Shown: positions 20,197 to 28,821 of the stretch, in pieces | Layout: each line of letters starts with the position of its first letter | How positions within the stretch are numbered: the first letter of the stretch is position 1 | Program-made: the position numbers and the translations under genes | Notes under the pieces: model-generated | Told to the model about the DNA's origin: nothing | Database searches by the model: none | The model's input: the letters and a program-made list of their open reading frames with translations, nothing else | From: a virus | Lineage: Duplodnaviria; Caudoviricetes | Direction: 5' to 3' (one strand) | Length of the DNA: 64,000 bases | IMG/VR virus record: IMGVR_UViG_3300026311_000012 | Coordinates: 1 to 64,000 of that record

Positions 20197-20541
20197 TTGA
20201 AATCAATAATACAATATATGAAAAGACTCTTTAAAATAAAAATATGTAGGTCATGGTTTTCAGATAAATTTGCTGTTATTAGATATAGCACAAATGGAAT
20301 ATTTTGGCATACTATAAAAGAATATGATTATGATTATGTTGAAGAATGGCCTTATTTTTCAAATATGTTAATATATATCTCAGATGTTCCTAATGTAATA
20401 TCTAGATTTAAATCTTTAGCAGATATTAAAAATTTTGAAGATGAGGAACTTAAAAAAGTAATCAATCATAGAAAAGAGGTATCTGCTCGGAATAAAAAAG
20501 AAAAAGAACAAATAAAAAATATATACAAAAAATATTCATAG
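20197..20541 (+). CDS. Hypothetical protein
   Basis: About 110 aa; ATG start probably at 20218. Confidence 0.6.
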   Translation: MKSIIQYMKRLFKIKICRSWFSDKFAVIRYSTNGIFWHTIKEYDYDYVEEWPYFSNMLIYISDVPNVISRFKSLADIKNFEDEELKKVINHRKEVSARNKKEKEQIKNIYKKYS

Positions 20542-20601
20542 TATTTAGTAGTGATAACACTAATATGTGCCTCACAAAAAATAACCTAAACTAAAAATAT
20601 T

Positions 20602-20745
20602 ATGAAAAAAACAAATAAAATCCTAATTACCATAGGTATAATATTTATGATATTAGGTGTTCTATCTGATCCATCATCTCCTATTCTTTTAGGAGTAGGT
20701 GCTGGATTGATAGTAATAAGTATTTGGAAAGATTTTGAAGATTAA
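20602..20745 (+). CDS. Small 2-TM membrane protein (47 aa)
   Basis: Not on the track: MKKTNKILITIGIIFMILGVLSDP...; paralog of 21072. Confidence 0.65.
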   Translation: MKKTNKILITIGIIFMILGVLSDPSSPILLGVGAGLIVISIWKDFED

Positions 20746-20769
20746 TATTAATTAAACTACTGTAATCCT

Positions 20770-21048
20770 ATGGGAAAAAACAGAAAGATTGAGAGTGTTG
20801 AATCACGTCTTAATCGCACATCGTTTGATGTTCAGCCTTACACGCAGGCAGTACACACTGCTCCTGCTAGAATTTTCAAAGAGAAGTATCTTACTAAGAA
20901 AGGTAAGAAACTTATGGCTCTCGCTACTACAGATAAAGAAAGAAAGATTATCCGTAGTAAATATGAAAAAAACAGATATGTAGCTAATCCTGAATGTAAG
21001 CTCTTTCGTAATCCAAATGGAAAAGTACGTAGAATTAAACATACATAA
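20770..21048 (+). CDS. Basic hypothetical protein
   Basis: 92 aa, K/R-rich. Confidence 0.65.
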   Translation: MGKNRKIESVESRLNRTSFDVQPYTQAVHTAPARIFKEKYLTKKGKKLMALATTDKERKIIRSKYEKNRYVANPECKLFRNPNGKVRRIKHT

Positions 21049-21071
21049 TCATGGATAAATTAACCTATAAT

Positions 21072-21212
21072 ATGAAAAAGAAAAATCGTATACTAGCAAT
21101 AATAGGTTTTATAGCTTTTATTCTTGGATTTATAGCAGAGCCTATATATGTTCCATTTGTATTTATTGGATTAGTATTAATAATATTTGGAATTGCACTT
21201 GAATATGAATAA
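21072..21212 (+). CDS. Small 2-TM membrane protein (46 aa)
   Basis: Not on the track: MKKKNRILAIIGFIAFILGFIAEP... Confidence 0.65.
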   Translation: MKKKNRILAIIGFIAFILGFIAEPIYVPFVFIGLVLIIFGIALEYE

Positions 21213-21438
21213 AGTATTTAACATAGGAGATTTAGTCCAAAGCGTTAATTCAGGTAATATTGTCAAAGTGACAAGAGATGAAGGAAAAGATTCTTTTTTT
21301 TTCGCTGGAGAAGTTGTAATTTCTACTAAAGGTAAAGGATTTTCTTATTATAAACCAGGATATAAATCTAGTGAATGGATTAAAATGTTCTTTAAAATGT
21401 ATAAACCAGTTTCATTTAATAAAATGAAAATAATATGA
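21205..21438 (+). CDS. KOW/SH3-like small protein, KMKII tail
   Basis: FNIGDLV motif; ATG at 21205 preferred to the TTG on the track. Confidence 0.65.
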   Translation: MNKVFNIGDLVQSVNSGNIVKVTRDEGKDSFFFAGEVVISTKGKGFSYYKPGYKSSEWIKMFFKMYKPVSFNKMKII

Positions 21439-21539
21439 AAACATCAGTAAAAGGAGGAATTATGGCTTTTATAGTCATTGCCTTATGTATAATTATTGCT
21501 TATCTTATCTGGTCTAATCCGGGAACAATCATTAACTAA
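21435..21539 (+). CDS. Single-TM micro-protein (34 aa)
   Basis: ...IAYLIWSNPGTIIN; paralog of 22473. Confidence 0.6.
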   Translation: MKTSVKGGIMAFIVIALCIIIAYLIWSNPGTIIN

Positions 21540-21634
21540 CAAATATCTCAGAAGACTAAAAATTATTTGGTTGAACACAATTTAGAACCAGATTTTGTAC
21601 CCCAATCCAGGGCGGTATGACTCATGTTATATTT

Positions 21635-21719
21635 GCCCCAGTGTCGTAATTGGTAGCCGAGACAGACTTAAAATCTGTTGATTCTTGTGGTCGTGGAGGT
21701 TCAAGTCCTCTCTGGGGCA
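21635..21719 (+). tRNA. tRNA-Leu(TAA)
   Basis: GCCCCAG/CTGGGGC acceptor, ACAGA-CTTAAAA-TCTGT anticodon arm, long variable arm, GGTTCAAGTCC. Confidence 0.9.
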
Positions 21720-21957
21720 CACGTTTTTAATCATTTTAAATATTAACTAAACTGTAATGCTATGGATAAACTTACATGGGTACATATATTAGATATGCGT
21801 ATGATTCAAGAATGTAATATTATCTTGAAATATAAATATACACGTAAAAGAATAAAAAAATGAAAAAATATTATGCTGAAATAATCGCAATAATAGTAAT
21901 GTTATTTTTTATTTCTATTACTATATATGCTTGTATATTTTTATAAAATAAAATAAG

Positions 21958-22251
21958 ATGCGAGATACAATTTTATTAAAAAAAGGTCAAAAAATACGTA
22001 TAAAACCATTTGATCAATGTCTTGAAGAAGGATATATCTTCTCTTCTGATGAAGATGCATATTGGGAATTTGAAAATGTAAAAAATAATCCAGGAGCAAG
22101 TAAATCTATGACTAAATATTTTGGTGGTATTTATACATTTCTTAGTTATAGTTTTGACTATTACGTATTACTTAAAGAAATTCCTGGGTATGTATGGCCT
22201 ATTGAGGTATTAGACCTACCTATGTCTTTATCTAAATTAAAAATATTATGA
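21958..22251 (+). CDS. KOW-like small protein, KLKIL tail
   Basis: LKKGQKIRIK. Confidence 0.65.
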   Translation: MRDTILLKKGQKIRIKPFDQCLEEGYIFSSDEDAYWEFENVKNNPGASKSMTKYFGGIYTFLSYSFDYYVLLKEIPGYVWPIEVLDLPMSLSKLKIL

Positions 22252-22460
22252 AAACTAAAAATGATTTAATTAATTGGTCAAGATTCTTTTTGTTTATAGT
22301 TATAATATTAGTTGTCAACATAATAGTATATTTAATGACAGCTTTTGTAACTTGGGAAGCTAATCCATCTTTTTGGGATATAAAAGCTAGATTTATAACT
22401 ATACTTAGTATGGTAGTTCTTGACGTAGGAATATTGTTTTTATATTTAGATGAATCTTAA
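22248..22460 (+). CDS. 2-TM membrane protein
   Basis: 70 aa, two hydrophobic stretches. Confidence 0.65.
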   Translation: MKTKNDLINWSRFFLFIVIILVVNIIVYLMTAFVTWEANPSFWDIKARFITILSMVVLDVGILFLYLDES

Positions 22461-22472
22461 AAACCTACAAAT

Positions 22473-22574
22473 ATGAAAAAAGAAAAAGATTATAGTACAT
22501 TGATTGTAATAGGGCTGTTAATGGCAGCAGGTATAGTGGCTTACATAATGTGGACTAATCCTGGAACACTATGA
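22473..22574 (+). CDS. Single-TM micro-protein (33 aa)
   Basis: ...VAYIMWTNPGTL. Confidence 0.6.
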   Translation: MKKEKDYSTLIVIGLLMAAGIVAYIMWTNPGTL

Positions 22575-22807
22575 AAAAGCTATTGTTTATATTAGCTATC
22601 GCATGTATATTTTCATGTGAACCAATGGAATCTCCTGTGGATAAATGTGTAACATGTACAATACATGTATACAGTCCATCTAAACTGATGCCTGACAGGT
22701 ATTCAACTAAAGAACTATGTACAGATGAAGAAAAAGCTAAATATCCAGTAGGAGTGCATGCTTCAATTGCTTGTGATGATTGTAGAGTTCAAACAGGATG
22801 TATATGA
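22571..22807 (+). CDS. Cys-rich lipoprotein
   Basis: MKKLLFILAIACIFSC lipobox; six further Cys. Confidence 0.7.
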   Translation: MKKLLFILAIACIFSCEPMESPVDKCVTCTIHVYSPSKLMPDRYSTKELCTDEEKAKYPVGVHASIACDDCRVQTGCI

Positions 22808-23103
22808 AAACATTTCTTGTTATTTTATTGATTATTGCTATTATATTATTTATAATATATGGGCAATATATAGAACTTAAATACAGAGAAAGTAAAAAAG
22901 CTTTGTTAAATGATCTGAAGACATTTTCTTATTTTGTAGGAAATTGTAAAATCACTTCTGAAAATAAAGAATTAATATTAACTCGTATTAAGGAATATCG
23001 ATCTAAAAATGTTCTTTATGAATCTAAAGAATATAGCGATCTAATATTTGACATATTTACATTATATGTTAAAAGATTTTATAAGACTGAGACTACTCTT
23101 TAA
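22798..23103 (+). CDS. Membrane-anchored hypothetical protein
   Basis: N-terminal TM helix. Confidence 0.6.
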   Translation: MYMKTFLVILLIIAIILFIIYGQYIELKYRESKKALLNDLKTFSYFVGNCKITSENKELILTRIKEYRSKNVLYESKEYSDLIFDIFTLYVKRFYKTETTL

Positions 23104-23383
23104 GCTAGTCTACAGGGGTGCGTCTGTTCTAACGCACAAGATGATATTTCACACCAATTTGTTTCCGATTTTGTTTATTGGTGGAGAGTATAAATCTGAT
23201 ATATATCAGAGGTGGCAGCATATATTGTTGATTGTTTATTGTGTATTAGGGTTAGAGATTTAATTATAATTGTTTTATTATGCAATAATATATGCCTTAG
23301 TTATAGTAATATATCTAAGTAGCTAGAAATAGCATTGTGCGAGGGATAGGATGTCTATCCCTAATACTTTAAATAATAATGTT

Positions 23384-23611
23384 ATGAAAATTCTATGTAT
23401 AAATGATAGACAATTTAATATTAATAAAAATAAATATAGTATTAAAAAAGCAAAATCTATTACTAAAAATAATATATATACTATAGATAAAATAGAAAAA
23501 GTAAATGGCGAAAAACACTATTGGATTACAACAGATAGTGGTTGGAAAAATTATTATCATCATAGCAGATTTATAAAATTATCTTTACCAAACAAACTAA
23601 AATTACTGTAA
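23384..23611 (+). CDS. SH3-like small protein, KLKLL tail
   Basis: MKILCIND...ITKNNIYTI...YWITTDSG; resembles the N-terminus of 29353. Confidence 0.6.
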   Translation: MKILCINDRQFNINKNKYSIKKAKSITKNNIYTIDKIEKVNGEKHYWITTDSGWKNYYHHSRFIKLSLPNKLKLL

Positions 23612-23943
23612 TGAATTCAGAAAAACAAGTGGCACTGACTGTAAAATTCAGAGGTGTCCAAACCTCACGTGGGTTGTATGACTATTACAAAGTTAAGACA
23701 TCAGAAGGTGTCAAAGAAGGAATTGTTACTGAAAAAAAGCCAACATTTTCAGCAGTATCTAAACAAATGATTCTTAAAGAACATTTTATAGAAGCCGCTT
23801 TAGAAGAAGCTCCATCGTCTATGAAAATGAGACCAGAACAATGGAAAAAACTTTCTGAAAATAACAGAATTGGACTTCATGTTGTTAGTCTGGTAAAAGA
23901 ATTATATCCAGATCGTATAGGATATTCATACGAAATAATATAA
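23611..23943 (+). CDS. Hypothetical protein
   Basis: 110 aa. Confidence 0.65.
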   Translation: MNSEKQVALTVKFRGVQTSRGLYDYYKVKTSEGVKEGIVTEKKPTFSAVSKQMILKEHFIEAALEEAPSSMKMRPEQWKKLSENNRIGLHVVSLVKELYPDRIGYSYEII

Positions 23944-24063
23944 ATTAAAATCCTAGGAATAAAGTATAATATTGAAATTGAGGTCGTTGAAAACAATCCT
24001 TATATTTGATATAAGAAAGTGAGTATATCGAGAGTGAAAGTAGAATATTAACTTTTAGGTGAT

Positions 24064-24135
24064 AGCGGGGTAGAGCAGTGGTAGCTCGTGAGTTTCATAA
24101 TCTCAAGGCCGATAGTTCGAATCTATCCCCCGCTA
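24064..24135 (+). tRNA. tRNA with CAT anticodon (Met; Ile2 not excluded)
   Basis: AGCGGGG/CCCCGCT acceptor, TTCATAA loop, GTTCGAATC; T-T mismatch closing the anticodon stem. Confidence 0.85.
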
Positions 24136-24168
24136 CTAGTATTAACTATAAATATAATATTTAAAAAT

Positions 24169-24441
24169 ATGTTTACTTCATACCCAACTAAAATATATAC
24201 TTCGAATATTAAATATAGAAAATATATTGAAAAAGTATTAGGAATTGATGACAGATATCATTATTTAAATGAATTATGCAGTAAGTGTGGATACCCAAGA
24301 GGACCTCATTATTATCTTAATGGCAATACTTCCATATGTCCAACAAAAGAGGATGTAGAAAAAGATAGATATGGAATGTTTGAAAATCCTAATCTAATAC
24401 CTGAGTTTTATAAATCTCTTACTTTAATTAAAATATTATAA
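24169..24441 (+). CDS. CxxC-H-C zinc-finger protein, LIKIL tail
   Basis: LCSKCGYPRGPHY...CPT; ATG at 24169 (the track start lies inside the tRNA). Confidence 0.65.
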   Translation: MFTSYPTKIYTSNIKYRKYIEKVLGIDDRYHYLNELCSKCGYPRGPHYYLNGNTSICPTKEDVEKDRYGMFENPNLIPEFYKSLTLIKIL

Positions 24442-24442
24442 T

Positions 24443-24667
24443 ATGTTTACACCATATAGACCAGAAAGAATTCATTGTCAATATTTTGATAAAATACATG
24501 ACTTTGAAGATTCTGATTTTACAATGAGCAAGCTATGTAGAAAATGTGGTTATCCATATGGTTTACATTATGGAAACAAATGTCCTACTCGAAAAGATAT
24601 TGCAGATAGAGAAATATTACCGGAATTTCATTTAAGTATTGATAAATCATTATTAAAAGTATTATGA
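24443..24667 (+). CDS. CxxC-H-C zinc-finger protein, LLKVL tail
   Basis: LCRKCGYPYGLHYGNKCPT; tandem paralog of the previous gene. Confidence 0.7.
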   Translation: MFTPYRPERIHCQYFDKIHDFEDSDFTMSKLCRKCGYPYGLHYGNKCPTRKDIADREILPEFHLSIDKSLLKVL

Positions 24668-25014
24668 AAGCAAAAACTAATTTATTCTATCCAAACACAA
24701 AATTAGAATTTACTAATTCATGCTTAAAAATACATGTATGTTTATGTATATCTAAAGATGTATATATTGTATTAAAAAATTTGGGTAAAAGATGTAAAAA
24801 AACAAAATATCGTTATACGGTATCTTTAATTTTTGCCACTAAAGATTACTCTAGAGACAATATTATACGAATTCAGGACTTTCTCCTTACTCAGTTAATG
24901 AAATTGATTAGAGAGGCTAAAAAAGGTATGTTAGAGCAATCTATTAATAATTTATCAAATGAATTAAATAGAAAAGTTAAATTTAATCACGATCAACAAT
25001 TAAAATTATTTTAA
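24664..25014 (+). CDS. Hypothetical protein with beta-clamp-like C-terminus
   Basis: Ends QQLKLF. Confidence 0.6.
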   Translation: MKAKTNLFYPNTKLEFTNSCLKIHVCLCISKDVYIVLKNLGKRCKKTKYRYTVSLIFATKDYSRDNIIRIQDFLLTQLMKLIREAKKGMLEQSINNLSNELNRKVKFNHDQQLKLF

Positions 25015-25016
25015 TT

Positions 25017-25370
25017 ATGAGTATTCCGACTCACATAAGAATGAGGGAGATTGAATTAGGTGAAATATCTAAACCTAGATCTAAACATATCCCAATTGTT
25101 CATGAAGATGAAATATCTGGTTTAAGAAGAGAACCAAAAGAAAAAAAGATGTTGTATTTTTATAAGTTTAAATATGAAATACAATCACCAAATGGTATAC
25201 CTACTTCATTTATTACGAAAGAAGGGGAAAAAGATATTCATGTTAAATGTAATACTAATCTATCTAAAGCTGAAGTTGATAAGATGGCATTAAAAAAACT
25301 TGAATCATCTTTCTTTAGTAATGAACGATTAATTGATAGCAAAATACTATTCAAGAAGAAAATATTTTAA
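25017..25370 (+). CDS. Hypothetical protein
   Basis: 117 aa, ends KKKIF. Confidence 0.6.
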   Translation: MSIPTHIRMREIELGEISKPRSKHIPIVHEDEISGLRREPKEKKMLYFYKFKYEIQSPNGIPTSFITKEGEKDIHVKCNTNLSKAEVDKMALKKLESSFFSNERLIDSKILFKKKIF

Positions 25371-25376
25371 TGGTGC

Positions 25377-25449
25377 TGTCCTGTGGTGTAATTGGCAACA
25401 CGTCTCACTTTGAATGAGAAGAGTTCAAGTTCAAATCTTGGCAGGACAA
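25377..25449 (+). tRNA. tRNA-Gln(TTG)
   Basis: TGTCCTG/CAGGACA acceptor, TCTCA-CTTTGAA-TGAGA arm, GTTCAAATC. Confidence 0.85.
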
Positions 25450-25494
25450 CTAAATGTGAAAAGCAGCATAAAAGATGCCAAAAAAATTCATACA

Positions 25495-25866
25495 ATGAAA
25501 GTAAGCATAGTTATTCCGACGTACAACGCAGGGCGCAAGATCGTCCGGGCGTTACATTCTGTGTGGCAACAGACAGCGTGGCGGAAGGGCCACACCTACG
25601 AAATACTAATCTGTGACGACGGATCAACCGACAACTCTATAGCGTTCGCCCGTCTGTACGCTAACGTCCGCATCTTAGCCTCAGAGACAAACACCGGAGG
25701 GCCAAACGCCGGACGCAACCGGGGCATACAGGGAGCCACAGGGGATGTGATTGCATTCTTGGATCAGGACGATGAGTGGCTGCCTAATAAGATTGAGAAA
25801 CAACTTGAACAAATCAAACAAGGTTATGAGTTCATCTATTCATCGTGCCGTAAGGAGTTGGAATAA
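25495..25866 (+). CDS. Glycosyltransferase family 2, N-terminal part
   Basis: VSIVIPTYN, DDGSTD, GPNAGRNRG, FLDQDD. Confidence 0.85.
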   Translation: MKVSIVIPTYNAGRKIVRALHSVWQQTAWRKGHTYEILICDDGSTDNSIAFARLYANVRILASETNTGGPNAGRNRGIQGATGDVIAFLDQDDEWLPNKIEKQLEQIKQGYEFIYSSCRKELE

Positions 25867-25870
25867 AAGC

Positions 25871-26287
25871 ATGGCATGGCCGTACATCAGCTCAATCATG
25901 GTCGTCAATCATGACGTTCCGCTGTTTTCAGACCCGCAGTGTGACTACCAGTGGGTGCTGGACGTAACAGAAAACCGCAACTGCAAAGAGATATCCCCGT
26001 GTGTTATCCGGTGGGTTGACGGCAAGAACCTCAGTCTCGACGGCGATTACCGCCGCAGGGATTTCTCAATCATCTACGATCAACTCAGGCGTGACGGTGA
26101 TAAGGCCGGAATCCGTCGGCTGTTTGCCTCATATGGTAAATACTTCTACAAGATGCAAGACTATCAGGCTGCAAGGCATTACTTCTACCGGAGTGACCGG
26201 AGCCTGAAGAACATCATGTACATCATCACTTCTTTCTGCCCTCCCGTTGCAAGGTGGGTAGTAAGGAAGTTCAACGTGTTTGGATAA
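25871..26287 (+). CDS. Probable C-terminal part of the split GT2
   Basis: SSIMV...CDYQW...RWVDGKNLS; starts 4 nt after the GT2 stop. Confidence 0.55.
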   Translation: MAWPYISSIMVVNHDVPLFSDPQCDYQWVLDVTENRNCKEISPCVIRWVDGKNLSLDGDYRRRDFSIIYDQLRRDGDKAGIRRLFASYGKYFYKMQDYQAARHYFYRSDRSLKNIMYIITSFCPPVARWVVRKFNVFG

Positions 26288-26406
26288 TCACTAACAACAA
26301 CTGCAATGGAGCAAAATGAAATTACAAAAGAACGTTACGCCCTAAAGTTGCTAAATGCAATGGAGGACGCTGACATGACCAACTCCGAGCGGGTAAAGCA
26401 CAAGAG

Positions 26407-27126
26407 ATGAAAAGAGAAGAATTACTTACAGATGCGATGCTGTTTTTTTCTCCGAATGAGAGAAGCATAACAGTAGAAAATGGAGCAAGATATTACCGGG
26501 AAGATGTTGTTTTAAAAGCAATGGAATTAGCCGGTAAAGAAACGCCACTCCCTCCCGCCGAGGGTGCGGAGGAGATTTTACATAAATATGTTCACACAAT
26601 AAATAGTGATGGAACGTCCTTAGTTACATTTATGGGAGCTTTAAAAGCCATGCGTGAGTTTGCCGCCCAGCAGAAGCCCACATCATCGGCCACGGCAGAG
26701 GAGATACTTCAAAAGTATATGGACATGAGTATGATAATATGCCCTCTCCATGTAGTACCCAGAACCGTTGCGTTGGATGCCATGCACGAGTTTGCCGCCC
26801 TCCAAAACAAGCCCCAGCCGACAGCCGAGGGTGCAGAGGAGATAAAAACACTGGTAACACAATGGGAACAATTCAAAAATGAAAGATGGTGGAATAGTGA
26901 AGCCATTGATGTATTGGCGGTTCTTATAAATGAATTTTCATTATCTGCGGGTTATTCCTTACGCCATGATGCCACCCTCCACGCCCAGAAGATAGCCGAT
27001 AAGATGGTGGAGGAGAGGTTAGAAATCGAGCTGATAAAGTATGATACATGGTTATGTTCGCATAGTGACGTTGTAATATCAAAGCACTACAATATTAATG
27101 AATACCTTAAAAGCAGAGAGAAATGA
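26407..27126 (+). CDS. Hypothetical protein with internal repeats
   Basis: Repeated AEEIL.KY...AM.EFAA modules. Confidence 0.65.
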   Translation: MKREELLTDAMLFFSPNERSITVENGARYYREDVVLKAMELAGKETPLPPAEGAEEILHKYVHTINSDGTSLVTFMGALKAMREFAAQQKPTSSATAEEILQKYMDMSMIICPLHVVPRTVALDAMHEFAALQNKPQPTAEGAEEIKTLVTQWEQFKNERWWNSEAIDVLAVLINEFSLSAGYSLRHDATLHAQKIADKMVEERLEIELIKYDTWLCSHSDVVISKHYNINEYLKSREK

Positions 27127-27341
27127 TAAAAGAAGTAACAATGTTTGCAATGTTCTGCGATAACTGTGGCAAACAGTGCGATGATGAAGACGCTGGTATT
27201 TGTGCGTGGAGCGATGAAGTAGGAGCAAGGGAATCGGCTTGTGAAAGCGGATGGTATAACGATGATGATAAATACTATTGCCCTGACTGCTATTCTTTTG
27301 ATGATGATGACAACCTTGTACTTAAAACTATTGAGCCATGA
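27123..27341 (+). CDS. Zn-finger small protein
   Basis: CDNCG...GW...YCPDC. Confidence 0.65.
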   Translation: MIKEVTMFAMFCDNCGKQCDDEDAGICAWSDEVGARESACESGWYNDDDKYYCPDCYSFDDDDNLVLKTIEP

Positions 27342-27652
27342 CACCATCAGATAAACTCAGAGAGATAGTTGAGAAGACGTTTCCGCTTTTTGGATCAAGA
27401 CTTGACGAATGGAGGGAGGTGGAGCGAGACAGGCTTCTTTCCGACCTCACCGCCCTCATCAGCGAACACTATGTAGAAAAGAAAGATGCAGGCTACCCGC
27501 TTGAATTTGTTGAGTGGCTGATTAAAGATCAGGAGATATTCTTCGGTGAATTAAATGAGGAGTATATACTCAATGATAACATCCATATAGGAGGACGTAA
27601 ATTACAAACTATTGATGAACTTTATGAATACTGGAAGGAGAACGAGCAATGA
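27338..27652 (+). CDS. Hypothetical protein
   Basis: EFVEW...TIDELYEYW, a common phage motif. Confidence 0.6.
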   Translation: MTPSDKLREIVEKTFPLFGSRLDEWREVERDRLLSDLTALISEHYVEKKDAGYPLEFVEWLIKDQEIFFGELNEEYILNDNIHIGGRKLQTIDELYEYWKENEQ

Positions 27653-27933
27653 AGAAAATAGGGATGTTGCGAGTTATCAGAAGAATACGGAATATTCCAC
27701 GATTTATAATCGAATCATTTACATGGGAATACGAAAGCTGTATAATATGTGGTAATAGTTTTCGGATAAGATGGCAAGTAAAAGATGAATTATGGCAAAA
27801 GGTTATGAACGTTACAGATGAAACAGGAGGCTCTTTATGCTTGGATTGTTTTATCAAAAAAGCTGAACAAAAAGGAATCACCATAAATCAATGTGACATA
27901 GAAATGGAAATTTTTAAAACTAACGAGCCATGA
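27649..27933 (+). CDS. Zn-finger small protein
   Basis: CIICG...LW...LCLDCF. Confidence 0.65.
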   Translation: MKKIGMLRVIRRIRNIPRFIIESFTWEYESCIICGNSFRIRWQVKDELWQKVMNVTDETGGSLCLDCFIKKAEQKGITINQCDIEMEIFKTNEP

Positions 27934-28118
27934 AAGAACTAACAAGAAACAAACTCCTTGCTGCATGGCAATACTGTGATGATGAGGACAAATCAACAGA
28001 ATTTATGATACAATTTATGATGGATAATGCGAAGGTTGATATGGATTGTGTTGTAAATTTTATTGAGAAAACAACTGATGAAGAAAGAGTTGAATGGCTT
28101 AAAAACATAAAGCAATGA
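27930..28118 (+). CDS. Hypothetical protein
   Basis: 62 aa, ATGA-coupled. Confidence 0.6.
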   Translation: MKELTRNKLLAAWQYCDDEDKSTEFMIQFMMDNAKVDMDCVVNFIEKTTDEERVEWLKNIKQ

Positions 28119-28465
28119 AAGAACTTGGAATAACAAAGGGAGAATGGCAGTATCGTGACCATTTTTCAGACGGCATAATTGAAACAGAAGAAACTATTAT
28201 TGGGCATTTAATGAAGTGGGGTAGCCCTGAAGATGAGTTGCAGTCTAATGCCATATTAATCATTGACGCCGGTAACACCGCCCAGAAGTGTGGCTTACTA
28301 CCCTCTGAGCTACTTCGGCAGCGGGATGAACTGAGGGAGGCGTTTAATCAGATGAGACAGTATTGGAGTTTAATTGACAGTGAGGCAGATGCGGAGCAAA
28401 TAGCAGGGAGTTTGTGGGAGGTATTAGCAATCGCTGAAGCCGCAATCAAAAACACAGATGGTTAG
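28115..28465 (+). CDS. Hypothetical phage protein (TxGxW...NAxLI family)
   Basis: ITKGEW...NAILIIDAG...PSELL. Confidence 0.65.
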   Translation: MKELGITKGEWQYRDHFSDGIIETEETIIGHLMKWGSPEDELQSNAILIIDAGNTAQKCGLLPSELLRQRDELREAFNQMRQYWSLIDSEADAEQIAGSLWEVLAIAEAAIKNTDG

Positions 28466-28477
28466 CGGCAGCGCTTG

Positions 28478-28571
28478 CACCTAACGGTCGGCAATATGAA
28501 ACGGTTGCCTTGTAGTTCGTTTCACAATATAGATGCAGTTTCTGGCAACTGTTTTATATTGCTTGTTATAG
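28478..28571 (+). repeat. attC-like palindromic recombination site
   Basis: CCTAAC...19-bp imperfect arms (28491..28509 / 28544..28562)...GTTATAG. Confidence 0.55.
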
Positions 28572-28590
28572 CCAGTTAATTTTTAAAACT

Positions 28591-28821
28591 ATGTATAAAA
28601 AAGTAGAAACAGACAAAAAAGCCGTTTTAAATAACGGAGTAGAATTTACACCAGTTGCAACATTAGAAAGTGAAAACGGTGGTAGATGTCAAATTAGTAT
28701 TGATGACCATTGTTATAAGTTATCGTTAAAACAGGAAGATGGGACATATAAGACAACCCCATATATTTTTCCAGAGGCTTTTTTGGTTTTACGAGAACTA
28801 CCTGAATTGACTATGCCTTAA
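28591..28821 (+). CDS. Cassette-borne hypothetical protein
   Basis: 76 aa, bracketed by GTTATAGCCAGTTAA and TTAATTGGCTATAAC. Confidence 0.65.
   Translation: MYKKVETDKKAVLNNGVEFTPVATLESENGGRCQISIDDHCYKLSLKQEDGTYKTTPYIFPEAFLVLRELPELTMP

Noticed and set aside
24088-24168. N-terminal extension of ORF 24088..24441
   Set aside because: Overlaps tRNA-CAT; paralog alignment supports the ATG at 24169.
25392-25616. ORF 25392..25616 and the 25414 start for GT2
   Set aside because: Both overlap tRNA-Gln; GT2 homology begins at the ATG at 25495.
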